Below, in pieces: positions 20,669 to 29,908 of a stretch of DNA of 64,000 nucleotides. The notes beneath the pieces are model-generated. The model was not told where the DNA came from. It saw only the letters and a list, made by a program, of their open reading frames with translations, and searched no databases. Source of the DNA: Candidatus Bathyarchaeia archaeon (GTDB taxonomy: Archaea > Thermoproteota > Bathyarchaeia > 40CM-2-53-6). The position numbers and the translations under genes are program-made. Each line of letters starts with the position of its first letter. Position 1 is the first letter of the stretch. The stretch lies in assembly GCA_049513715.1 (NCBI GenBank), contig JBEKVV010000001.1, positions 832,223 through 896,222 on the forward strand, read 5' to 3'.

Positions 20669-20959
20669 ATGCAGTCCTCTAACCTACTCTTCCTATGGGC
20701 ACTTAGCATCAGCTGGAGCGCGGTTTTCCTGATAGCGGTGAGCGTCTACCTCTATGCCAGAAGAAAGCATCGAACCCCTGACAAAGCGTCAAGCCATGTG
20801 AGAGTCAATGATTTCGTTTTCGTCATCGTGTTGGCGGCACTGCTGGGCCTCTACATCGTCTCAATCTACAGGACCTCATCCCTCATCTTTGCAGCGGGCA
20901 ATATCATCGTCGAAGTAATCTTGGTAGCTTACACGGTCAAGAACAAGAGCGGGACTTAG
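20669..20959 (+). CDS. Small 3-TM membrane protein
   Basis: Three hydrophobic helices; starts 10 nt after mgtA. Confidence 0.65.
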   Translation: MQSSNLLFLWALSISWSAVFLIAVSVYLYARRKHRTPDKASSHVRVNDFVFVIVLAALLGLYIVSIYRTSSLIFAAGNIIVEVILVAYTVKNKSGT

Positions 20960-21004
20960 CCTCACGACAATCTCTGCAGAGCAGCGTCTACAGCGAGCGT
21001 GCCA

Positions 21005-21181
21005 CTACCGTGCCTTGATGTGTTTCACGATTGGTGGTCGCGATTTTCGAAGGACGCGGTATCCGCAGAAAGGGCATTTGATTTCAGGGGTCATGGACAG
21101 CTGCTCCGCGGTCAAGTGTTGGCCACAACTGATGCATTCATACATTATTCCCGCGGGACGCTGTTCTGGACTTTCAGACAT
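21005..21181 (-). CDS. rpoP: DNA-directed RNA polymerase subunit P (Rpo12)
   Basis: YECISCG...IKCPFCGYRVLRKSRPPIVKHIKAR. Confidence 0.93.
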   Translation of the reverse strand: MSESPEQRPAGIMYECISCGQHLTAEQLSMTPEIKCPFCGYRVLRKSRPPIVKHIKAR

Positions 21182-21235
21182 CTGCGTAACCTGTATGGCC
21201 AATGTTTGCGATTCCAATTAAACCTTTGGCGTCTC

Positions 21236-22441
21236 TTAGCTATGCTTTTTCATGAATTGTTCGATTGCGTCAAATGCTTCTCCCAACATCTTCTCGTCGG
21301 GGAGAAAGACAGCCCTGAAGTGGTCTTTGCCGTAGATAGGGTCAAACCCTGAACCGTGAACCACCAGTACCCCTGTCTCCTTGAGCAACTCGTTCACAAA
21401 CTGTTCGTCGCTCTTCCATTTCCCGCCAAGGGCAACTTTCGGAAAGATATAGAACGCGCCGACCGGTTTTGCCGCACTCAGCCCAGGTATCTCGTTGACT
21501 CGCTTCCAAGAAAAGTCGCGACGCTGTCTCAATTTGGAGACCATGTCCTTGATGTGGCCTTGCGGCCCACGCAGCGCCTCAACTGCTGCAAATTGCACAG
21601 GAGTACTAGCGCATAATCGGACACGAGATAGTCTTTGGATTCCGTCCCAGACGTTGGCTAGTCTGCCATCAACGTCCTGCACATAGATGTATCCCATTCG
21701 CCAACCAGTCATCAAGTATGCTTTCGAGAACCCGTTCAGGCCAATCAAAGGGACATCTTTGGCTAGAGACGATACGCTGGTGAATGCCCCGTCGTAGATG
21801 ATGCGGTCGTAGATCTCGTCGGCGGCGACAATGAGATTGTGGGAGGAAGCCAGCTCAAGCATCTCAGCAATTTCGCTCTTCGAATAGACGGACCCACACG
21901 GATTATTTGGGTTGACAATCACGAGAAGACGTGTTCGCTTGGTTATCTTAGATTTCAAGTCAGCAATGTCCGGCGCCCAGCCCTTCTCCTCTACGGTCCT
22001 GTAGGTCACAGCTTTTCCATCAAAGAATTTCGCATACGCCATGTAAGGCGAATAGCAAGGTCCAGGCATCAGCACCTCGTCGCCGGGGTTAACTATCGAT
22101 GCCATTAAGAACGTGATTGCCTCGGATATTCCAGTCGTGACAATGACATTGTCGGCGCCAATGTGCGCCCCGTTCACTTTGTTTTCTTTCTCAGCGACCG
22201 CTTCTCTGAGTTCCTTCAAACCTTCCGAAGATGAGTAGTAGTTTTGGCCTCCTTCAATCGCCTTTTCGAGCGCGCGTTTGATGTGTGTGGGTGTGTCGAA
22301 CCCATATTTCACCGGATCTCCAATGTTCAGGTAAAGTATCTTCTTCCCGCTCTTTCGGACTTCTTCCGCTTTGACCATGACGTCGCGAATTGCGTATTCT
22401 ACTCCTTGGGCGCGTTTTGATGCTTCAAAATTGCGCGGCAT
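21236..22441 (-). CDS. Class I/II PLP aminotransferase (alanine aminotransferase-like)
   Basis: EYAIRD, LNIGDP, NPNNPCG, DEIYD, NGFSKAYLMTGWRMGY. Confidence 0.9.
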   Translation of the reverse strand: MPRNFEASKRAQGVEYAIRDVMVKAEEVRKSGKKILYLNIGDPVKYGFDTPTHIKRALEKAIEGGQNYYSSSEGLKELREAVAEKENKVNGAHIGADNVIVTTGISEAITFLMASIVNPGDEVLMPGPCYSPYMAYAKFFDGKAVTYRTVEEKGWAPDIADLKSKITKRTRLLVIVNPNNPCGSVYSKSEIAEMLELASSHNLIVAADEIYDRIIYDGAFTSVSSLAKDVPLIGLNGFSKAYLMTGWRMGYIYVQDVDGRLANVWDGIQRLSRVRLCASTPVQFAAVEALRGPQGHIKDMVSKLRQRRDFSWKRVNEIPGLSAAKPVGAFYIFPKVALGGKWKSDEQFVNELLKETGVLVVHGSGFDPIYGKDHFRAVFLPDEKMLGEAFDAIEQFMKKHS

Positions 22442-22616
22442 CGTTTGGACCCGCGGCCGGTATCGGCGGCCGTATTTAATAGGGTTCTTTCGTGTTTTCG
22501 AAACAGAGCTTTAGCGCGGCACTCACTCGACATCGCCTATGCCAATCAGAGTTGCAGCCGTTCAGTTCGATGAGGACAGCATTCATACGTTTGTGTAGTA
22601 GAGCGGGTCCCAACTC

Positions 22617-22709
22617 TTAGGGATAGAGTGCGAGGAGTAAGAGTGGGGCTACTGCAAGCGTTATTGTGTTGAGCAGTTTGACCACAACGTGAAGTGACGG
22701 TCCCGCTGT
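22617..22709 (-). pseudogene. 3'-terminal remnant of a second, different membrane H+-pyrophosphatase gene
   Basis: Own translation TAGPSLHVVVKLLNTITLAVAPLLLLALYP*, the last TM motif of mPPases (compare DTAGPALNPMIKVVNLISLIIAP in the adjacent gene). Confidence 0.7.
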
Positions 22710-22797
22710 GCTTGTGATCGCGAACTTCGCGTTGGGTCACGCATTACTTTAAGGGAAACGAGAACCGGCGCGGGCGCCGGGGAATTGGATGGTCGTG

Positions 22798-25104
22798 TCA
22801 CTTGATTTGTTCGAGAACGTCCGGGCGTCCCTTTCGCGCGGCTTCCTCAGGTGCAACTTCGTGTTTGCTTCGGCGCAAAGCCCATCCTGCAAGCCCCAGG
22901 AGTATTACTGCGACGATGGATGCGTACCAGCTGCCTCGAACGGCTACTATGATTGGGGCAATGATGAGTGAGATCAGGTTCACGACTTTGATCATGGGGT
23001 TCAGTGCTGGACCTGCTGTGTCTTTCAGTGGGTCGCCTACGGTGTCTCCTACGACGCTTGCTTTGTGGCGCTCGCTGCCTTTGCCTGTGTTTGCGGCTAG
23101 GTCGCGGGGTTCGTCTTCGATGGTTTTCTTGGCGTTGTCCCATGCACCGCCTGCGTTGGCCATGAAGACCGCTAGGAGTTGGCCGGACACGATTATACCA
23201 GCCAAGAAGCCGCCTAAGGCTTCAACTTGGAGTAGAAGGCCCACTATTATTGGGATTGTCATGGCTATGATGGCGAGAGGGACGAGTTCTTTCTGCGCGG
23301 CCGCTGTCGAAATTCCAACGACGTTTCGGTAGTCCGGTTGAACCGTACCTTCCATGACGCCGGGTATTCGGAATTGGCGTCGGACTTCTTCCACGATCAG
23401 TTTAGCGGCCCTTGAGACGGCTCGGATCGATAAGGAGCTGAAGAGCCAAGGCAGTGCACCTCCCAGTAGCAATCCGATGAACACTGGTAGGCTGGATATA
23501 CTGATGGCTTGGAGCCTTGTGGCGGTGATGTAGGATGCGAAGAGTGAGACCGCCGCGATCACTGCCGATGCTATGGCGACGCCTTTCGTTATGGCTTTGG
23601 TTGTGTTACCTACTGCGTCCAGGTCGGCCATGATTTGTCGGCCGCGTTTGGTTTCTTCGTCGTCCATGTCGTGCCATGCCATCTCTCCGATTCCGTTGGC
23701 GTTGTCGCTGATGGGTCCGTAGGAGTCCATGGCCACGTTGTTACCCGTCTGGCTTAGCATGCCGATTCCAATCATTGCGATGGCGTATAGTGTGTAGATG
23801 CTGCCGTTCTCAACCGGGAAGAGGAGTAGAGCGAGAACGAAACTGATGACGATGAGTAGGAGCGCCCAGACTGATGATTCGTAGCCGCTTGCTAGACCGG
23901 AGAGGATTGTGGTGGCTGGACCTGCGCGGGTGGATTTCACAATATCGTTGACGGGGGCCTTGTTGGTGGCGGTGAAGTATGATGTGAGCGGGTTAAAGCT
24001 GACAGCGAGCCCGACGCCGATGGTGATCAGCGCGGCCAACCGCCAGTCGTTAGCGTACCAAAGCGCCACAACGAATGACCAGAAGATTGTGTTGATGCTT
24101 GAGATCTCGTAGGAACGGAACATTGCATCCTCTGCGTTTTGTGCTCTTAGGAATTTGATGGGAAAGCGCGACCATATGGGAACTGAAAAGGTGCCTATGA
24201 TTGAGGATATGACGCCTATTCCTCTAATGATGAGTGGGAAGAGGATCCACATGATCCTGTGGAGTGGATCAATAGCCATTATTGCAACGCCAAGAATCAA
24301 CGCGGATACGATTGTGACCTCGTAGGATTCGAAAATGTCGGCGGCCATGCCTGCGCAGTCGCCCACGTTATCACCCACCAAGTCCGCGACGACCGCTGCG
24401 TTCCTTGGGTCATCTTCCGGAATGTCTTTCTCAACTTTACCGACCAGGTCGGCGCCTACGTCTGCGGCTTTGGTGTAGATCCCGCCGCCAACTCGCATGA
24501 ATAGTGCCAGAAGTGTGCCGCCGAATCCGAAGCCTAGTAGCGCGTCTGGTGCGGCGCGGCCAAAGATGATGAAGATTGTTGTTCCGCCCAGTAGGCCGAG
24601 CCCGTCGGTTAGCATACCGGTTATTGTTCCGGCCTGATAGGCGATTGTGAGTGATTCGTTTAAGCTTCTTCGGGATGCGGAGGCTACTCGGACGTTTGCC
24701 TGCACAGCCATCCTCATGCCGTATTGGCCGACAGTTAAGCTGAAGATTGCGCCGAGCACGAATGCGAGCATTCTGCCAACAGCGATTATGATCTTCGCGT
24801 TGTTGCCGAAGACCTGTATTGCTTCTGTTGTGGGTGAGACAACGTAGACGCTGAAGAAGAGCACTACCGCGAGAACTCCGATCAGCGGAAGGATTGTGCG
24901 GAGTTGGCGGTTCAGGTATGCGTCGGCTCCGACTCGGATCGCGTTCCAGACCTCTTGCATCTTGGCGGTGCCCTTATCTTTTCTGAGCACATTCCCGCGC
25001 AGCCACAAAGCATAGAGTAGGCTGAGTATGGCGATGCCGACGATTGCCCAAGGGGCTATTGTTTCGAAAGTTGCCAGGTTCATTCCGAGCACGGTGAAGC
25101 CCAC
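22798..25104 (-). CDS. hppA: Membrane-bound H+-translocating pyrophosphatase, K+-independent type
   Basis: DVGADLVGKVE, DNVGD, GNTTKA (Lys signature of K+-independent enzymes), GGAWDNAKK, GDTVGDPLKD. Confidence 0.96.
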   Translation of the reverse strand: MGFTVLGMNLATFETIAPWAIVGIAILSLLYALWLRGNVLRKDKGTAKMQEVWNAIRVGADAYLNRQLRTILPLIGVLAVVLFFSVYVVSPTTEAIQVFGNNAKIIIAVGRMLAFVLGAIFSLTVGQYGMRMAVQANVRVASASRRSLNESLTIAYQAGTITGMLTDGLGLLGGTTIFIIFGRAAPDALLGFGFGGTLLALFMRVGGGIYTKAADVGADLVGKVEKDIPEDDPRNAAVVADLVGDNVGDCAGMAADIFESYEVTIVSALILGVAIMAIDPLHRIMWILFPLIIRGIGVISSIIGTFSVPIWSRFPIKFLRAQNAEDAMFRSYEISSINTIFWSFVVALWYANDWRLAALITIGVGLAVSFNPLTSYFTATNKAPVNDIVKSTRAGPATTILSGLASGYESSVWALLLIVISFVLALLLFPVENGSIYTLYAIAMIGIGMLSQTGNNVAMDSYGPISDNANGIGEMAWHDMDDEETKRGRQIMADLDAVGNTTKAITKGVAIASAVIAAVSLFASYITATRLQAISISSLPVFIGLLLGGALPWLFSSLSIRAVSRAAKLIVEEVRRQFRIPGVMEGTVQPDYRNVVGISTAAAQKELVPLAIIAMTIPIIVGLLLQVEALGGFLAGIIVSGQLLAVFMANAGGAWDNAKKTIEDEPRDLAANTGKGSERHKASVVGDTVGDPLKDTAGPALNPMIKVVNLISLIIAPIIVAVRGSWYASIVAVILLGLAGWALRRSKHEVAPEEAARKGRPDVLEQIK

Positions 25105-25168
25105 AATCTCCTTGATATTTCAGATTTCGATTCGTGCCAAGGAGTATTACGTTATTTAACTATCGCGC

Positions 25169-25987
25169 TTGGAAGTAACCGAACGGAAAGAGTTGTTTTG
25201 GTGCGGAAAATTGGCTCGAACAATTAGTGTAATCGGGTTGGAGAATATTGGTTTGGTGAAGGCGGGCGATGATGTTGCTAAACTGATTCTTGACGCTGCT
25301 GCAGCTGAGGGTGTGGGTTTGATGGATGGGGACGTTGTGGTGGTTTCGCAGAAGATCATTTCCAAAGCTGATGGGTTGCTTGTGGATATTGGAACAGTCA
25401 AGCCCAGCGCGAGAGCGAAGGCGATCGCCAAAAGAACGAAGAAGGATCCGCGTTTGGTTGAGCTGGTGTTGAAGGATAGTGGCAAGGTTTTGCGGGCGGA
25501 TAGGGATGCGTTGGTGGTGGCTAGGCGGAATGGTTTCATTTGCATAAACGCGGGTGTGGATAAGTCGAATGTGGGCGGCCGGTTTGTGTATGCGCGGTTG
25601 CCGTTGGACTCGGATAAGTCGGCGTGTGAGTTGAGAGCGGGTTTGGAACGGTTGAGTGGAAGGCGGTTGGCGGTGATTGTTGGGGATACGTATAGCCGTC
25701 CGCTTCGGGTTGGGCAGGTTGAGTTTGCGATTGGGTTGTCTGGAATCGAGCCGATCGTTGATTACCGGGGGCGAAAGGATTTGTTCGGTTACGAGTTGCG
25801 GTTCAAGTACGTGGGGTTGGCGGATGAGGTGGCTGCGGCTGCGGAGTTGGTGATGGGACAGGGAACGGAGGGGATTCCGGTGGCTATTGTTCGTGGTTTG
25901 ACTCGAACGGCTAGGAGCGAGTCGGGGGGGTTGTCGAGGAGGCTTTTGCTTGGGCGGCGGATGGATTTGTTTAGGAGCATGCTGTAG
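25169..25987 (+). CDS. cofE: Coenzyme F420-0:L-glutamate ligase
   Basis: SQKIISKADG, NAGVDKSN, DTYSRPLRVG, ADEVAAAAELVMGQ..EGIPVAIVRG. Confidence 0.92.
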   Translation: MEVTERKELFWCGKLARTISVIGLENIGLVKAGDDVAKLILDAAAAEGVGLMDGDVVVVSQKIISKADGLLVDIGTVKPSARAKAIAKRTKKDPRLVELVLKDSGKVLRADRDALVVARRNGFICINAGVDKSNVGGRFVYARLPLDSDKSACELRAGLERLSGRRLAVIVGDTYSRPLRVGQVEFAIGLSGIEPIVDYRGRKDLFGYELRFKYVGLADEVAAAAELVMGQGTEGIPVAIVRGLTRTARSESGGLSRRLLLGRRMDLFRSML

Positions 25988-26073
25988 GGGGTTGGGTGCG
26001 ATTATTGTTTGGCTTTGTATTTGTTCGAAAGGCCTTTATTGAGTTGGATGAAGCCTTTTCTTAGGTTTGAGCC

Positions 26074-26373
26074 ATGAGCGATAACTCTTCGGCCCCGCAG
26101 GCGTCGGAGCCTGTGCACATGAGTGAGGACGACAAGTTTCTGGTGGATATTTTCTTGCCGCCGAAGACGATTCCGTCGCCTAAGGAGTCGTTGGAGGCGG
26201 TTAAGGGGTCGGTTAAGGGCAAGATGCTTGCCAAAATGAAGAAGGAGGCTGTTGATTGCCCCGTCAAATTGAAGAAAGTGTCGTTCTTGGAATGTTTCAC
26301 GTGCCCTAATTTCAACCGGCGAGTTCGCGGCAAGGTTGGATGCAAAGGCCTGCCGCTTCCCGCACCAGAGTAG
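26074..26373 (+). CDS. Conserved-looking small Cys-containing archaeal protein
   Basis: AVDCPV...FLECFTCPNF.RRVRGKVGCKG. Confidence 0.65.
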   Translation: MSDNSSAPQASEPVHMSEDDKFLVDIFLPPKTIPSPKESLEAVKGSVKGKMLAKMKKEAVDCPVKLKKVSFLECFTCPNFNRRVRGKVGCKGLPLPAPE

Positions 26374-26567
26374 CCGATGACGGGCTCCTTTCGGGGAGCC
26401 TCAGTCCCATGCCCCGTTCTTTGTGGTGGAGTCCTTTCCGCGCACACGACGCTCGTCTATCGGTGATTCAATCTCGTGTGAAGCATTGCATCATCTTCGT
26501 TGGGAATATCGGCAAAACCTCTTATTGGTGACGGAGGGTAGAGGGCTTACGTGCGGGATGCGATAGA

Positions 26568-27054
26568 ATGATTCGAGCACGGCTCGCGAGACTCCTTGCA
26601 GCCGTGTTGGTTGTCACCGTGATCTTATGGTTAGCGCCGAGCGCTCATTCAATCCCCCCCATTCACAATCACGCTGACGCCTAACATAGGCGCAGCCGGG
26701 ACGGCAGTCACAATTGCAGGTTCTCGGCCCAGTCCCGGTGCTCCCAGTCTGGATCATTCCTGCCAAGTATCTTCTGTTTCTGGCGGCCTAATCTCAAGCC
26801 CGACTTGCACCGTGACTCAAACGGCGGGCAATTTTGTCGTGGCCGGGTCTTTCACAGTTGCGAGTGGCGCGAGTCTCGGGCCGTACACCGTCACCGTCAC
26901 TGTCACTGCCTCCCTAACTCCTTATGCCTCCGCTTCAGCCTCCTTCACAACCGTTAGTGAGTGTGCTGGATTGAGTGCGCATGCATGCTTGATCCTAATT
27001 CAAGGCGGCTACCGCGACAGCTCAAGAGCAACGCTTGCGGACTTAACGGACTAA
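26568..27054 (+). pseudogene. Secreted Ig-like (IPT/TIG-like) protein frameshifted in a C7 tract
   Basis: Signal peptide MIRARLARLLAAVLVVTVILWLAPSAHS; removing one C from C7 (26654-26660) joins it to FTITLTPNIGAAGTAVTIAG...GSFTV..GPYTVTVT. Confidence 0.65.
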
Positions 27055-27274
27055 ACGGCCACGGCTAACCTGGACCCGTCAACCGAAAAGTAACAGTTCA
27101 AATCTAATCCTCCATCAACCCCCCAAAGTTAGCACCGTGAAAGACCCGAATGAACCATCCAATAAGTTAGCAGAACCGGAGGGGTGATTTTTCGGCCCAC
27201 GTGGAGGGTCGTGAAGAGCCCGAGGACGTGAAGTCACCGATGGCGCAGAGCCAGCAGGCCCTTACACTTCCTTG

Positions 27275-28834
27275 CTAGCCACCAACCACGACAAACTTGG
27301 CCACTAGAATCAGCAACCTCTCGAAGCGTCTGGGGGCAATGCTCCGGACGAACTCCACATCATCCTTCGTCAATATGTGGAACGCGCGCAAGGAACCAGT
27401 GTAGATTGCGGCCCCAACCACCACCATAATGGGCAGCATCAGGAGTTTTATCAAGAACGTGTGGAAGAACGCAAGGACCACGAACACGACGACCCCCATC
27501 AATGTCGAAGCGCCCGCTGCGCCGAGGAAGGCTTTGAGGTCGATTTCCAGAAATCCGCTCCTTTGAACCGCAATTGCGTAGATTAGGGCGGCGAGAATCA
27601 TCAAGCTCGCCCGCCCAAAAGCGGGGCCACTTAAGCCAAGAATCGGTGTAAGAACGTACGACACTATTAGAAGACTGATGAGGCCGAGCACGTTAGCGCC
27701 CGCGTACCATTTGAGCTCGCCAAGAGCCAGAAGCACACCAGCATAGACTGCCCCAACCGCCGCCAACCCCGTCACAATGGAAACGATCATGGAGGGCGCC
27801 AGGCCTGCAACATAATCGAGTCCGAAGATTCGCAGAGCAACTTGAGTGATCGCGGCAAAACCGAAGGCAATGGGCAAGACGACGATGGAAACGTACCGGG
27901 TATACGTGCGTACCATATGACGCATCTCCCGCTTCTTGTTTGAAGCATGCAGGGCGGAGAGGGCTGGGAGAAGCACGGTGACCAAGGCGTATGGTGCGAA
28001 GCCTGCGAAACTGGCCGCGACGATTGCCACGTTATAGATTGCCAGCTCCTGCAAACCCCGCTGGGCCAAAGTGAAAATCTTGTCCGCCTGATTGATTGCG
28101 AAACCAATCAAAGCGCTGAACAGGGTATAGAGCGAATACTTGGTTAGGTCGGAAACAGAGAACCCCGTGGCCTTGTCACTCCCGCCATGAATTCTTCTCA
28201 GGGATCTTTGAAGGGCGATTGTTAGCAGAATGGCGTCGCCAATAATCCAACCAACCAGCACACCGACTATGACGTATGGAACCAGGAGGAGAGAGGCCAG
28301 AGTATACCGAGCCACACTCCACAGAATGAGGTAGATCGTGGCGCTCCTCATCTCCCCGAGAGCGATGAGTGAGCCAATGCACACTTGTGCTACTCCGAGT
28401 ACTAGAACATCCACGGCCGAGAGTTGAATGTAGATTGGCAGGATTACTTGGCCACCAATGAACGGTGCCACAGCGCCTGGAACCAGCGTCAAGACCACTG
28501 CGATTATCCCACCAAGAATCACGGCCGAAGCCAGACTGATCCTGAAAACCCTCGCGACGCTCTTTTGCGACCCTTTCGCCACGAATTCAGGCAGAAACTT
28601 GAGAACCGCTTGCGGCGCGGGGATGGGAGATTGAACGGTCACGGGTTGCGCAAGTATACAGATCGTAACCAAAAGCCAGATCGTAATGTTCAGTGCCGTA
28701 ACGATTCCAACTTGCGTCGTTGAGCGCAGAATGTTTGTCAAAACCAAGAAGTAGAGCGTGTTCGCCAACAGTACAACGACATTGGCCACATAGAGTGAAG
28801 TAGCGCCTCTCGCTACGGAAGCTTGACTTTCCAA
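27275..28834 (-). CDS. Oligosaccharide/polysaccharide flippase (MOP/Wzx-like)
   Basis: ~14 TM segments, SVARGATSLY start, ADKIF...LAIYNVA, VLLPALS. Confidence 0.85.
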   Translation of the reverse strand: MESQASVARGATSLYVANVVVLLANTLYFLVLTNILRSTTQVGIVTALNITIWLLVTICILAQPVTVQSPIPAPQAVLKFLPEFVAKGSQKSVARVFRISLASAVILGGIIAVVLTLVPGAVAPFIGGQVILPIYIQLSAVDVLVLGVAQVCIGSLIALGEMRSATIYLILWSVARYTLASLLLVPYVIVGVLVGWIIGDAILLTIALQRSLRRIHGGSDKATGFSVSDLTKYSLYTLFSALIGFAINQADKIFTLAQRGLQELAIYNVAIVAASFAGFAPYALVTVLLPALSALHASNKKREMRHMVRTYTRYVSIVVLPIAFGFAAITQVALRIFGLDYVAGLAPSMIVSIVTGLAAVGAVYAGVLLALGELKWYAGANVLGLISLLIVSYVLTPILGLSGPAFGRASLMILAALIYAIAVQRSGFLEIDLKAFLGAAGASTLMGVVVFVVLAFFHTFLIKLLMLPIMVVVGAAIYTGSLRAFHILTKDDVEFVRSIAPRRFERLLILVAKFVVVGG

Positions 28835-28904
28835 GAATGGTGATTCTCCGGTTTGTGGGAGGCACTCTCCAGTGTGCTATAAGTAATTTCAGTACACGCA
28901 AATC

Positions 28905-29678
28905 ATGGTGCTCATCGAAGGTTTATTACCAATCGTCACGGAGCCTCACGCGATAAGGCAGGAATTTCCCGTGAAGGCGGCGATTCTCGCTGGGGGCGCA
29001 GGTACACGACTCTACCCCATCACGACCTATGTCCCAAAGGCCTTGCTTCCAATTGGCGGACGATTTGTCATCGAATACATCATCGACTACCTAAAACACC
29101 ACGGAATCACAGAACTCGTCCTGTTACTCTCCGAAAGCGAGTTTGAGCTCGTCAGAAACCATCTCGGCGACGGAGAACGGTTCGGCGCGAAGATCGAGTA
29201 TTCTGTGGCCGATAGGATCGGAACCGCAGGAGCGGTCGGCGCTGCAGCCAACATACTCGGCGACCGATTCGTCATCTACTACGGCGACGTCTTGACCGAC
29301 ATGAACTTACGGGAGATGATAGAGTTCCACGAGAAGAAGAAAGCCGTCTGCACACTGGCATTGAGCACGGCTGTGCCAATTGAGTATGGCGTTGGGCAGG
29401 TTGCTTCAGATGGACGGGTCACGTATTTCCAGGAGAAACCAATCATCAAGGAATACCCAGTAAGCATGGGCATACACGTTGCGGAGAAGGAAGTTCTCTC
29501 ATACTGTGCCCCTCACACGGACATAGCTCAAAACGTGATCCCACAGCTCCTACGAGAGAGCAAACCAGTTTACGCCTATCTCACAAACGAACGCCACTAT
29601 GACATTGGAACATTCAAAAGCCTAGAGGAAGTTCGAGAACTCCTCGAGAAGAAGAAGACGCTCTTCAAAAGTTCATAG
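28905..29678 (+). CDS. NDP-sugar pyrophosphorylase/nucleotidyltransferase (start may be GTG 28971)
   Basis: AAILAGGAGTRLYPIT..PKALLP, GTAGA, YGD, EKP, DIGT. Confidence 0.92.
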   Translation: MVLIEGLLPIVTEPHAIRQEFPVKAAILAGGAGTRLYPITTYVPKALLPIGGRFVIEYIIDYLKHHGITELVLLLSESEFELVRNHLGDGERFGAKIEYSVADRIGTAGAVGAAANILGDRFVIYYGDVLTDMNLREMIEFHEKKKAVCTLALSTAVPIEYGVGQVASDGRVTYFQEKPIIKEYPVSMGIHVAEKEVLSYCAPHTDIAQNVIPQLLRESKPVYAYLTNERHYDIGTFKSLEEVRELLEKKKTLFKSS

Positions 29679-29688
29679 GCCTGAGCGA

Positions 29689-29853
29689 ATGGAAGGGTCG
29701 GTTGGCTTCAGCGTGTCCACATCTGACCTCGCCCAGCTAATCGCCAGGTCGGGCGTGAATTTGGACGACGTGTCGGTTGACGAAGCAATCCGGTATTACG
29801 CAAGAATGAGGGAGTTGGAGTTACGGAGAACCTCTACGATTCAAACTGATTGA
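29689..29853 (+). CDS. Small hypothetical protein (54 aa)
   Basis: Own translation MEGSVGFSVSTSDLAQLIARSGVNLDDVSVDEAIRYYARMRELELRR...; starts 10 nt after the previous stop. Confidence 0.4.
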   Translation: MEGSVGFSVSTSDLAQLIARSGVNLDDVSVDEAIRYYARMRELELRRTSTIQTD

Positions 29854-29908
29854 ATTACGCAAAGAGTTTTTTGAAGAGAAGAAAACTTTGTTTGGTCTTT
29901 TGCGTGAG

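Noticed and set aside
22802..24847. Long antisense/alternative-frame ORFs over hppA, mgtA, the kinase and others (e.g. 22802..23332, 13892..14416, 57038..57625, 60033..60693)
   Set aside because: Shadow ORFs of well-supported genes, with no motifs of their own
25169..26060. Strong G/T strand bias around cofE and hppA
   Set aside because: Visible by eye but not quantified; no boundaries or mobility signals, and it can be explained by local codon usage
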